From assembly GCA_965195345.1 (NCBI GenBank), contig OZ239628.1, positions 803,339 through 835,338 on the forward strand: 32,000 nt of DNA, in the 5' to 3' direction. Made by a program: the position numbers and the translations under genes. The notes under the pieces are model-generated. The model was not told the DNA's origin. It worked only from the letters and a program-made list of their open reading frames with translations, and ran no database searches. This document shows, piece after piece, positions 22,401 to 31,700 of the stretch. The stretch's first letter is position 1, and the number at the start of each line of letters is the position of its first letter. Origin of the DNA: an uncultured Thiomicrospira sp. GTDB lineage: Bacteria > Pseudomonadota > Gammaproteobacteria > CAKMZV01.

Positions 22401-23922
22401 GCTACAAGCTTGTAGTAGTGTTGACAATTCCGCTTGTTCTAATCTTGCACAACAATCTCTGAGCAATATTCAGTTAGAGGGATTGATTGGTTATTTCAAA
22501 GCTTCTAATACAGATGCAGATGATGAATTTGGTGAGGGTGTCGCAATAAGCGGTGATGGCAACACATTAGTTGTCGGTGCACCATTTGAGGACAGCACCG
22601 CCACTGTCATCAACGGCGATGAATCAGACAATTCTAGAAGTGACTCTGGTGCAGCCTATGTTTTCGTGCGTAGTAGTACGGGCAGCTGGCGTCAACAAGC
22701 CTATATCAAAGCCTTTGATGCACAAGCCAATGGTCAGTCTAATTCAGCTGTACCAAGGAGCAATGATCAGTTTGGTGCAGCTGTAACAATAAGCAATGAC
22801 GGTAATACTATAGTTGTTGGTGCAGAATTTAAGGATGTTGCCGCTCCTGGCGGTTCCGTTCAGCCCAACACTGGTGCAGCCTATGTTTTCGTGCGCAGTA
22901 GTACCGGCAGCTGGCGTCAACAAGCTTTCATCAGCGCTTCTAATCTAAATGCCAATGATCGGTTTGGAAGAACTGTATCGGTCGCTGCTGATGGTAATAC
23001 ACTCGCTGTCGGTGCACCTTTAAAAAGCGTAAATGCTCTAACTTCTGTTGGTACAGCCTATGTTTTTGTACGCAGTAGTACAGATTCATCATGGAGTGAG
23101 CAAGCTTTATTTACACCACCTACTGTAATAATTAGTAGTAATTTTGGTTCTGCTGTATCGATGAGTGGTGATGGTAATACCATGGTCGTTGGTGCAAGTG
23201 GTGACCGAAGTAATGGCATGGGTATCAACGCTGATGAAGTCCCTACTAGTACTCCTCTTTTTAATTCTGGTGCAGCCCATGTTTTTGTACGCAGTAGTAC
23301 AGATAGTACATGGAGTCGGCAAGCTTATATTAGAGCCTCAAATCCAGGTAGTACTGATCTCTTTGGTGCAGCTGTATCGATGAGTGGTGATGGTAATACC
23401 ATGGTCGTTGGTGCACATCAAGAAGACAGCAATGCCACGGGAATCGGCGGGGGGCAAGGAGATGTTAGTAATCCTAATTCAAATTTTGGTGCAGCCTATG
23501 TTTTTGTGCGCAGTAGTACGGGCACATGGAGCCAACAAGAATATATCAAAGCCTCAAATACAGGATTTGGTGATGTGTTTGGTTTTGCTGTTTCAATGCG
23601 CAGTGATGGTAATGCGTTCGTTGTTGGTGCACCATTTGAGGACAGCAATGCCACGGGAATCAACGGGGTCCAAGGAGGTGGTGCTACTGACGCTGGTGCA
23701 GTCTATCTTTTTGTACGCAGTGGTACGACATGGCGTCAACAAGCCTACATCAAAGCCTCAAACACAGGAGCTGATGATGAGTTTGGTGACTCTGTTTCAA
23801 TAAGCAGTGATGGTAAAACGCTTGCTGTCGGTGCACCCAATGAAGATAGCAATGCCACTGGTATCAATGGTAATCAAACAGACGATAGTCAAGATGACGC
23901 TGGTGCAGTGTATTTGTATTAG
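19450..23922 (+). CDS. Paralog 5: 1490-aa predicted lipoprotein with 7 Ig-like units, a C-type-lectin-like insert, an FN3-like neck and a 7-blade FG-GAP propeller
   Basis: ATG at 19450 (alternative at 19456), with AGGA at 19442-19445. MKMNHLKCWGFLLSLVFLSAC carries lipobox LSAC (Cys codon 19510-19512), followed by Gly x6. CTLD-like 20191-20760, neck 22180-22491, blades 22492-23919. Ends GAVYLY, TAG. Confidence 0.95.
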   Translation: MKMNHLKCWGFLLSLVFLSACGGGGGGDSTPPSTNTAPSLSLSVNALMLDEDFGTFVINTTATDAEDGTLSVTVSGQAGLLTTDVTTGRITLTSIANANGTTTLTVRATDSGNLSATTEVVVTINAINDAPTFTLATTNITIVENATARQTISIPNVVDVDGNALTFSVIASTSLFSTNPTPVVSFSDTRVIISDTQPTAQLYYSLLPDVTGSGFIQIALTDGIETQRTTVTVTVTEVRTPPQITQDFRTHRFFDARATRVGAVGGVLFAARGAFTGSTETTSTDGTGNFSNQLNFVRSLGGSLAELYTEETYNALLGSVLVSNGTATADFNDDRFWLGLTDTPNAFGASVSDQSSSLERYFWLSGQRVSQGLGISRIEVPGVYIGWGSSAPTASNEPCANLILGAEVSAGLRPWASTGCDGSSSATFNVLKALMQFPNGLPTTSSMIVQARLPITRIRLSGYDLDGSDNTLSWQVTDASGGGITTSTVYSSTGAQTLEISYTPVSGFSGTATLVVSLDDGDSATQNSTARVLVVNNTPTLIFSTNTVSLDEDFTRFVINTTATDAAGIIDFSVSTGNGIVFVTTSANAITLQSLSNINGAVTLTVVADSGLLTNTQTISVVVNPVNDTPTLSLSVTQRVLAQNFGTFVINTTATDVDSGPLGFSVSTGNGIVNVTTSVNTITLQSLANVIGDVTLTVSVSDGLLTTTQSIFITVSRPFTFEVSTNTIVLDEDFNTFIINTTATAADGTILPISVVQSSSNLLTFSTITGRITLSSIANANGVTTLTVSAANQNGLTNTTEVAITVNSVNDTPTLSLSSTDLTFSPNGTGFITAFGADVETSSASLIYSVQQNPSLLQVSTPGNVIVLRAGDTTGSTTLVITVTDGGGSSASATARVTVLSGVLNALNVSLNVKRINFSWNTLPTANHYRMLSNVDLNAGGGFVDASSAGLVFVPNSTNIINTTVSATVDVAGYLSTADGPQYLLQACSSVDNSACSNLAQQSLSNIQLEGLIGYFKASNTDADDEFGEGVAISGDGNTLVVGAPFEDSTATVINGDESDNSRSDSGAAYVFVRSSTGSWRQQAYIKAFDAQANGQSNSAVPRSNDQFGAAVTISNDGNTIVVGAEFKDVAAPGGSVQPNTGAAYVFVRSSTGSWRQQAFISASNLNANDRFGRTVSVAADGNTLAVGAPLKSVNALTSVGTAYVFVRSSTDSSWSEQALFTPPTVIISSNFGSAVSMSGDGNTMVVGASGDRSNGMGINADEVPTSTPLFNSGAAHVFVRSSTDSTWSRQAYIRASNPGSTDLFGAAVSMSGDGNTMVVGAHQEDSNATGIGGGQGDVSNPNSNFGAAYVFVRSSTGTWSQQEYIKASNTGFGDVFGFAVSMRSDGNAFVVGAPFEDSNATGINGVQGGGATDAGAVYLFVRSGTTWRQQAYIKASNTGADDEFGDSVSISSDGKTLAVGAPNEDSNATGINGNQTDDSQDDAGAVYLY
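19513..19530 (+). repeat. (GGN)6 tract encoding Gly6 after the lipobox Cys of paralog 5 (identical tract at 24234-24251 in paralog 6)
   Basis: ggc ggt ggg ggt ggc ggc, then gat. Confidence 0.9.
20191..20760 (+). other. C-type-lectin-like domain (CTLD) inserted in the paralog 5 stalk
   Basis: FRTHRFFDARATRVG...LGGSLAELYTEETYNALLG...DDRFWLGLTD...ERYFWLSGQRVS...YIGWGSSAPTASNEPCANLILG...RPWASTGCDG...LKALMQF. Same motif order as in paralog 1. Confidence 0.55.
22180..23919 (+). other. Paralog 5 C-terminal head: FN3-like neck (22180-22491) plus seven FG-GAP blades (22492-23919)
   Basis: Same motifs, seven cores. Blades 1-4 closely resemble those of paralog 2, for example FKDV.APGG replacing the canonical EDSxATGING loop in blade 2. 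Confidence 0.75.
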
Positions 23923-24170
23923 AAGACGTATATAGCTAAAAGGCAATTAGAGTTGCTTGATTACCCCACCATTATGTGTTCATCAGGAGAACAGGCACAC
24001 AGCTTTTTTACTTAATGTTTCGCTGTAAATGTTATGAACTGTTTGCATGTTTTCTCATGCTTTAATTTATAATGATTAGGATTGCTGGATTGTAGACATA
24101 CTGCTTTTATCAAACACATAAACTGTTGTGATAATTGTGATTTCATAGTTAAAATAAAATATAGGACTAA
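23923..24170 (+). promoter_or_regulatory. Full-length conserved intergenic cassette upstream of paralog 6
   Basis: Near-identical copy of 19203-19449. TATAAT 24068-24073, TTGTGA 24126-24131, TAAAAT 24150-24155. Confidence 0.4.
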
Positions 24171-27100
24171 ATGAAAATGAACCATTTAAAGTGCTGGGGA
24201 TTTCTATTATCACTCGTTTTTTTATCTGCCTGTGGCGGTGGGGGTGGCGGCGATTCAACACCTCCGTCTACTAATACAGCACCAAGTTTAAGTCTCTCTG
24301 TCAATGCCCTAATGCTTGATGAAGATTTTGGCACTTTTGTCATCAATACCACTGCAACCGATGCAGAAGATGGGACACTGTCCGTAACTGTATCTGGACA
24401 GGCTGGTTTGCTAACCACTGATGTCACCACTGGTCGAATTACCCTAACTTCCATTGCCAATGCTAACGGCACAGCTACACTTACTGTACGTGCTACCGAT
24501 AGCGGAAACCTCTCTGCTACCACCGAAGTGGTTGTCACCATTAACGCCATCAATGATGCCCCGACATTTACTCTTGCTACAACAAACATTACTATCGTTG
24601 AAAATGCCACTGCTCGTCAAACGATTTCCATTCCCAATGTAGTCGATGTTGACGGAAACGCACTGACCTTTTCAGTCATTGCCTCCACTTCTTTATTTAG
24701 TACTAACCCAACACCTGTTGTGTCTTTTTCAGATACAAGGGTGATAATCTCCGATACACAACCTACAGCTCAACTCTATTACAGCCTACTGCCCGACGTC
24801 ACAGGCTCTGGCTTCATTCAAATTGCTTTAACAGATGGCATAGAGACCCAACGTACGACCGTTACTGTTACTGTTACAGAAGTTAGAACTCCACCCCAAA
24901 TTACCCAAGACTTTAGAACACATCGCTTCTTTGATGCGCGTGCAACGCGTGTAGGCGCTGTTGGAGGTGTCTTATTTGCAGCACGAGGTGCATTTACTGG
25001 ATCGACTGAAACAACCTCAACAGATGGTACGGGGAATTTTAGTAATCAATTAAACTTTGTCCGTTCCTTAGGAGGGAGTTTAGCCGAACTTTACACTGAG
25101 GAAACATACAACGCTTTATTGGGTTCTGTTTTGGTTTCCAATGGCACTGCAACAGCAGACTTTAATGATGATCGTTTTTGGCTTGGACTCACTGATACAC
25201 CCAATGCTTTTGGCGCTTCTGTGTCAGATCAATCTGCCTCAGTAGAGCGTTATTTTTGGTTGTCTGGTCAGCGGGTGTCACAAGGATTAGGTATTTCTCG
25301 TATAGAAGTTCCAGGAGTGTACATAGGCTGGGGGGCATCCGCCCCAACTGCAAGCAATCAGCCCTGTGCTAATTTGATTCTTGGTGCCGAAGTATCTGCA
25401 GGTCTCAGACCTTGGGCAAGTACTGGGTGCGATGGATCATCATCTGCTACTTTCAATGTGCTAAAAGCGTTGATGCAGTTCCCAAATGGCTTACCTACTA
25501 CTTCTTCAATGATTGTTCAAGCGAGGCTCCCAATCACACGTATTCGTTTAAGTGGTTATGATCTTGATGGTTCAGATAATACATTGTCTTGGCAAGTTAC
25601 CGATGCATCTGGTGGTGGTATCACTACTTCCACAGTCTATAGCAGTACTGGCGCACAAACCTTAGAGATTTCTTACACTCCTGTGAGCGGCTTTTCAGGA
25701 ACTGCGACCCTTGTTGTAAGCTTAGATGATGGTGATAGTGCTACGCAAAATAGTACTGCCCGTGTATTGGTGGTTAATAACACACCAACTTTAACACTCT
25801 CAACCAATGTTGTCAGCTTAGATGAAGACTTTACCAGCTTCGTCATTAACACCACTGCAACCGATGCAGCAGGGATAATCGACTTTAGTGTTAGCACAGG
25901 AAACGGTATTGTTTTTGTAACCACCTCTGCTAATGCGATTACACTGCAATCACTTTCGAATATAAATGGTGCTGTAACCTTAACAGTCGTTGCGGATAGT
26001 GGTCTTTTGACAAATACACAGACGATTAGCGTTGTGGTTAATCCAGTTAACGACACTCCCACGCTGTCTTTATCTGTGACGCAAAGGGTGCTTGCTCAAA
26101 ACTTTGGCACTTTCGTCATCAACACCACTGCAACCGATGTGGATTCAGGCCCATTGGGCTTTAGTGTCAGTACAGGTAATGGCATTGTTAATGTAACAAC
26201 CTCTGTCAATACGATTACTCTGCAATCACTCGCTAATGTCATAGGCGATGTGACGTTAACGGTTAGCGTAAGCGATGGACTATTGACGACGACACAGTCC
26301 ATTTTTATAACCGTTAGTAGACCGTTTACGTTTGAAGTATCGACAAACACTATCGTTTTAGATGAAGATTTTAATACCTTCATTATTAACACCACTGCAA
26401 CGGCTGCAGATGGGACTATATTACCTATTTCAGTGGTGCAGAGCAGTTCTAACCTACTTACATTCAGCACTATAACTGGGCGCATTACCCTTTCATCTAT
26501 TGCGAATGCTAATGGAGTAACAACTCTTACCGTGAGTGCGGCTAATCAAAATGGACTAACGAACACGACAGAAGTAGCGATTACCGTTAATTCCGTTAAT
26601 GACACTCCCACACTCAGCTTATCAACTACAAACTTAACTTTCTCACCTAATGGAACCGGTTTTATAACTGCTTTTGGTGCGGATGTGGAAACAAGCAGTG
26701 CCTCATTGATCTATTCTGTACAACAAAATCCATCTTTGTTGCAGGTGAGTACACCAGGCAATGTCATTGTACTGAGAGCGGATGATACTACAGGTTCGAC
26801 AACTTTAGTGATAACCGTTACTGATGGCGGTGGTTCAAGCGCTTCAGCAACTGCTCGAGTTACTGTTCTATCAGGTGTTTTGAATGCTTTGAGCGTAAGT
26901 TTAAATGTTAAACGCATTAACTTTTCTTGGAACACACTTCCTACAGCAAACCATTACCGTATGCTTAGCAATGTCGATTTGAACGCTGGTGGTGGTTTTG
27001 TTGATGCCAGTAGCGCAGGTTTGGTGTTTATACCGAATAGCACGAATATTATCAATACTACAGTCTCTGCAACAGTGGATGTGGCACGCTATCTTTCTAC

Positions 27101-28634
27101 GGCTGATGGACCACAGTATCTGCTGCAAGCTTGTAGTAGTGTGGACAATTTCGCTTGTTCTAATCTTGCACAACAATCTCTGAGCAATATTCAGTTAGAG
27201 GGATTGATTGGTTACTTCAAAGCTTCTAATACGGAAATGGGAGATGAATTTGGTGAGGGTGTCGCAATAAGTGGTGATGGCAACACATTAGTTGTCGGTG
27301 CACCCGGAGAAGATAGCGACGCCACCGGCATCAACGGCGATGAATCAGACAATTCTAGAAGTAACTCTGGTGCAGCCTATGTTTTCGTGCGCAGTAGTAC
27401 AGGCAGCTGGCGTCAACAAGCATACCTTAAAGCCTCTGATGCAGCAGATGATGATGGGTTTTCTTCAAGAGCTGTAACAATAAGCAATGACGGTAATACT
27501 ATAGTTGTTGGTGCACCACGCAAGGATGTTGCCGCTCCTGGCGGTAGCCCCCAGGGCAACACTGGTGCAGCCTATGTTTTCGTGCGCAGTAGTACCGGCA
27601 GCTGGCGTCAACAGGCTTTCATCAGCGCTTCTAATCTAAATGCCAATGATCAGTTTGGAACAGCTGTATCGGTTGCTGCTGATGGTAATACACTCGCTAT
27701 CGGTGCGCCTTCAAAAACTGTACGTACTATAGATTCTATGGGTCAATCTGTGAGCAGAGCTACTGCTGGTACAGCCTATGTTTTTGTACGCAGTAGTACA
27801 GATTCATCATGGAGTGAGCAAGCTATATTGACAGCACCTTTTGTAACGAGTTTTGCTTTTTTTGGTAATGCTGTATCGATGAGTGGTGATGGTAATACCA
27901 TGGTCGTCGGTGCAGACGGTGACCAAAGTACTGGCACGGGTATCGGCAGTGATGAATCCACCATTAATGATTTTGGTACCGGTGCTGCCCATGTTTTTGT
28001 ACGTAGTAGTACGGGTAGATGGAGTCGGCAAGAATATTTTAAAGCCTCAAATGCAGAAGGTACTGATCTCTTTGGTACAGCTGTATCGATGAGCGGTGAT
28101 GGTAATACCATGGTCGTTGGTGCACCAGGGGAAGACAGCAATGCCACGGGTGTCGACGGGGATCAAGCAAATAATGGTAGTGGTGTTAATTCAAATTCTG
28201 GTGCAGCCTATGTTTTTGTGCGCAGTAGTACGGGCACATGGACGCAAGAAGCCTATATCAAAGCCTCAAATACAGGAGATGGTGATGTGTTTGGTTCTGT
28301 TCTCTCAATGAGCAATGATGGTAATGCGTTCGTTGTTGGTGCACCAAATGAGGACAGCAATGCCACGGGAATCAACGGGGGGGAAGCAGGTGGTGCTAAT
28401 AACGCTGGTGCAGTCTATCTTTTTGTGCGCAGTGGTACGACATGGCGTCAACAAGCCTATACCAAAGCCTCAAACACAGGAGCTGATGATGCGTTTGGTG
28501 ACTCTGTTTCAATAAGCAGTGATGGTAAAACGTTTGCTGTTGGCGCATCTGGCGAAAATGGCAGCGCCACTGGTATCAATGGCGATCAAACAGACGATAG
28601 TCAAGATAACGCTGGTGCAGTGTATTTGTATTAG
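24171..28634 (+). CDS. Paralog 6: 1487-aa predicted lipoprotein, a tandem duplicate of paralog 5 with a diverged propeller
   Basis: Offset exactly 4721 bp from paralog 5. Identical signal peptide and lipobox (Cys codon 24231-24233). I count 16 aa differences from paralog 5 over the first 1014 aa. CTLD-like 24912-25481, neck 26901-27212, blades 27213-28631. Ends GAVYLY, TAG. Confidence 0.95.
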   Translation: MKMNHLKCWGFLLSLVFLSACGGGGGGDSTPPSTNTAPSLSLSVNALMLDEDFGTFVINTTATDAEDGTLSVTVSGQAGLLTTDVTTGRITLTSIANANGTATLTVRATDSGNLSATTEVVVTINAINDAPTFTLATTNITIVENATARQTISIPNVVDVDGNALTFSVIASTSLFSTNPTPVVSFSDTRVIISDTQPTAQLYYSLLPDVTGSGFIQIALTDGIETQRTTVTVTVTEVRTPPQITQDFRTHRFFDARATRVGAVGGVLFAARGAFTGSTETTSTDGTGNFSNQLNFVRSLGGSLAELYTEETYNALLGSVLVSNGTATADFNDDRFWLGLTDTPNAFGASVSDQSASVERYFWLSGQRVSQGLGISRIEVPGVYIGWGASAPTASNQPCANLILGAEVSAGLRPWASTGCDGSSSATFNVLKALMQFPNGLPTTSSMIVQARLPITRIRLSGYDLDGSDNTLSWQVTDASGGGITTSTVYSSTGAQTLEISYTPVSGFSGTATLVVSLDDGDSATQNSTARVLVVNNTPTLTLSTNVVSLDEDFTSFVINTTATDAAGIIDFSVSTGNGIVFVTTSANAITLQSLSNINGAVTLTVVADSGLLTNTQTISVVVNPVNDTPTLSLSVTQRVLAQNFGTFVINTTATDVDSGPLGFSVSTGNGIVNVTTSVNTITLQSLANVIGDVTLTVSVSDGLLTTTQSIFITVSRPFTFEVSTNTIVLDEDFNTFIINTTATAADGTILPISVVQSSSNLLTFSTITGRITLSSIANANGVTTLTVSAANQNGLTNTTEVAITVNSVNDTPTLSLSTTNLTFSPNGTGFITAFGADVETSSASLIYSVQQNPSLLQVSTPGNVIVLRADDTTGSTTLVITVTDGGGSSASATARVTVLSGVLNALSVSLNVKRINFSWNTLPTANHYRMLSNVDLNAGGGFVDASSAGLVFIPNSTNIINTTVSATVDVARYLSTADGPQYLLQACSSVDNFACSNLAQQSLSNIQLEGLIGYFKASNTEMGDEFGEGVAISGDGNTLVVGAPGEDSDATGINGDESDNSRSNSGAAYVFVRSSTGSWRQQAYLKASDAADDDGFSSRAVTISNDGNTIVVGAPRKDVAAPGGSPQGNTGAAYVFVRSSTGSWRQQAFISASNLNANDQFGTAVSVAADGNTLAIGAPSKTVRTIDSMGQSVSRATAGTAYVFVRSSTDSSWSEQAILTAPFVTSFAFFGNAVSMSGDGNTMVVGADGDQSTGTGIGSDESTINDFGTGAAHVFVRSSTGRWSRQEYFKASNAEGTDLFGTAVSMSGDGNTMVVGAPGEDSNATGVDGDQANNGSGVNSNSGAAYVFVRSSTGTWTQEAYIKASNTGDGDVFGSVLSMSNDGNAFVVGAPNEDSNATGINGGEAGGANNAGAVYLFVRSGTTWRQQAYTKASNTGADDAFGDSVSISSDGKTFAVGASGENGSATGINGDQTDDSQDNAGAVYLY
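24912..25481 (+). other. C-type-lectin-like domain (CTLD) inserted in the paralog 6 stalk
   Basis: Copy of the paralog 5 domain with 4 aa differences: SSSL to SASV (two changes), GSSAP to GASAP, SNEPC to SNQPC. Confidence 0.55.
26901..28631 (+). other. Paralog 6 C-terminal head: FN3-like neck (26901-27212) plus seven FG-GAP blades (27213-28631)
   Basis: Same motifs, seven cores. The FG of blade 2 is degenerate (SSRAVTISNDGNT). Blades 5-7 resemble those of paralog 2. Confidence 0.75.
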
Positions 28635-28794
28635 AATACGTATATAGCTAAAAGGCAATTAGAGTTGCTTGATTACTCCACCATTATGTATTCATCAGAA
28701 GAACAGGCGCACAACTTTTTTACTTAACGTTTATTGCTGTAAATGTTATAAACTGTTGTGGTAATTATGATTTCATAGTGAGAATATAAGGTTA
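28635..28794 (+). promoter_or_regulatory. Shortened intergenic cassette upstream of paralog 7 (internal deletion of about 84 nt)
   Basis: The sequence jumps from ...gctgtaaatgttataAACTGTT straight to gtggtaattatgatttcatag. The full cassette has two AACTGTT direct repeats (19316-19322 and 19400-19406) flanking exactly the missing segment. The deletion removes the distal TATAAT element and keeps the proximal TTGTG(A/G) element. Confidence 0.45.
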
Positions 28795-31700
28795 ATGAAA
28801 ATGAAACATTTAAAACGTTGGGGATTTCTACTACTATTTGTCTTTCTAACTGCCTGTGGGGATGACACAACACCTTTGTCTACTAATATTAACACAACAC
28901 CAAACTTAAGTCTCTCTGTCAATACCTTAACACTTGATGAAGATTTTGGCACTTTTATCATCAATACCACTGCTACTGATGCAGAAGATGGGATACTGCC
29001 AGTAACCGTATTTGGACAGGCTGGCTTGCTAACCACTGATGTCACTACTGGCCAAATTACGCTCACTTCCATTGCTAATGCTACCGGCATAGCTACGCTC
29101 ACAGTGCGTGTTGTTGATAGCGAAAACCTCCCCGTTTCCACCGAAGTGGTGGTGACCGTAAACGCCATCGATGATACGCCTGTTTTGACGTTATCAACGA
29201 CTAACCTCAGTCTCAGTGAAGATTTTGGCACTTTTATTATCAACACTACAGCAACTGATGTAGAGGATGGTGTATTATCTTTTACAGTATCTGGTCAAGA
29301 TACAAGTGTATTAACAGTCAGAACTTCCACCAATCAGATAATACTCACCTCCGTTGCTAATGCCACCGGAACAGTCACACTCACTGTAAGCGCTACCGAC
29401 AGTGAGGCTCTTACAGCTAACACCGAAGTGGTGGTGATCATCAATGACATCGATGATACTCCTGTGCTGACAATATCAACAACGAACCTCAGCCTCAGTG
29501 AAGACTTTGGCACTTTTATCATCAACACCACTGAGGGTGATATAGAAGATGGTGTATTACCTTTTACAGTATCTGGTCAAGATGCAAGTATATTAACAGT
29601 TAGCACTGCTATCAATCAGATAATACTCACCTCCGTTGCTAATGCCAACGGAACAGTCACACTCACTGTAAGTGCTACTGATAGTGAGGATCTTACAGTC
29701 TCCACCGAAGTGGTGGTGATTATTAATGCCGTCAATGATACGCCTGTATTGACGCTATCAACAACCAACCTTAGCCTCAGTGAAGACTTTGGCACTTTCA
29801 TCATCAACACCACTGCAAGTGATGCAGAAGATGGCGTGCTTCCCGTTGCAGTGACTGGACAAGATGCCAGTCTATTCGCCGTAACCACTTCTACCGATCA
29901 GATAATACTTACCTCCGTTGCCAATGCCAACGGAACAGCCACGCTCACTGTAAGCATTGTTGATAGCGGTAACCTCTCCACTTCCACTGAAGTGGTGGTT
30001 GTTGTCAACGCCATCAACGATACGCCTGTATTGACGCTATCAACATCTAACCTCAGTCTCGATGAGGATTTTGGCACTTTCATCATCAACACCACTGCAT
30101 CTGATGCAGAAGATGGTGTGTTATCTTTTACGGTATCTGGTCAAGATGCAAGTGTATTAACAGTCAGCACTTCTATCAATCAGATAATGCTCACTTCCGT
30201 TGCTAATGCTAATGGAACAATGACTCTTACAGTCAGTGCAACCGATCAAGGTGGACTAACGACAACGGCAAAAATAACTATTGTCATTAATCCTGTTGAT
30301 GACAATCCAATACTTAATTTATCAGCAACAAACTTTAACTTACTAATGGATACAGCTGCGGTGCTCACTGCCTTTGGTGTAGATGTGGATTCAAGCAGTG
30401 CCGTGTTGGTCTATTCTGCACAGCAAGAAACACCTCTGTTAAATCAGATACAAATAGCAAGCAATACCATCGCGCTGGGAGCAGGTAATACTTTAGGCTC
30501 AACCACTTTGGTAATCACCGTCACTAATGACAGAGGATTAAGTACTTCTGCAACCGCTCGAGTTACTGTTTTATCTGCTATTTCGAATACTTTTTTAAAT
30601 GTAAGTTTAAATGTTAAGCGGATTAACTTTTCTTGGAGTATGCTTCCTGCAGCCAATCATTACCGCATGCTCAGCAATGTGAATTTGGCTACAGCGCGTG
30701 GCTTTGTTGATGCCAGTAGTGCACATGCAGTGTTTGCACCGAATAGCACCAATATTATCAATACTACAGTCTCTGCGACAGTAAATGTGGCGCGTTATCT
30801 TTCTACGGCTGATAGACCAGAGTATCTGCTACAAAGTTGTACGAGTGTGGATAATTCAGCCTGTTCTACTTATGCACAAGCAGCCCTGAGCAATACTCAA
30901 ATAAAGGGATTGATTGGTACTTTCAGACCCACTTGGCCAGACTTTGGAGATCAATTTACTGAAAGTCTGACATTCAATGGCGCTGGTAATATTTTTGTTG
31001 CTGGTGCACCTTTTGAAAGCAGTGACTTTACTGGCATCAACACATTTGTTTTAGTAGGTTCAAACAATAGGGCTAGGGCCTCTGGCGCAGCCTATATTTT
31101 TGAGCTTAGTAGCACTGGCACGTGGAGTCAACGAGCTTACCTCAAAGCCTCTAATACAGGAGTTGGTGATTTCTTTGGTAGAAGTCTGGCAATAAGTGGC
31201 GACGGCAATACTTTAGCTGTTGGGGCAACTTTGGAAGACGGCACCTCCACTGGCGTAAACGGGTATCAATTTAGCGATAATGAACTTCAATCCGGTGCAG
31301 TTTATGTTTTTGTGCGTAGTAGTGCCGGTGCATGGAGCCAGCAAGCGTACATAAAAGCTTCTAATACAGAAATGTATGAACAATTTGGTAGAGCTCTAAC
31401 AGTCAGCAGTAACGGCAATACCATCTTTGTTGGTGTCCCTCGTGAGGCTACTGGATTAGACGGCGATCAAACAAGAAACGGTGCACCTCAATCTGGCGGA
31501 GTCTATGTTTTTGAGCGCAACAGTTCGAGCGTATGGAGCCAAACAGCTTTAATCAAAGCTTCTAATTTACAGGCTGGTGACAATTTTGGTGAGGCTGTAT
31601 CGGTAAGCAGTGACGGCAATGTTTTACTTGTTGGTGCCCCTTTTGAAGCCAGTCTCGCTACTGGAATTAACGGAGATCAAACAAACAATGCTGGAAATGA

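Larger units (their letters stand above)
19203..28634 (+). repeat. Two-copy tandem segmental duplication, period 4721 bp (spacer + paralog 5 / spacer + paralog 6)
   Basis: 24171-19450 = 4721. The spacers 19203-19449 and 23923-24170 are near-identical. The track's antisense ORFs 19355..19540 and 24076..24261 translate identically. The N-terminal about 3 kb of the two genes is near-identical, while the last about 1.4 kb diverges. Confidence 0.95.
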
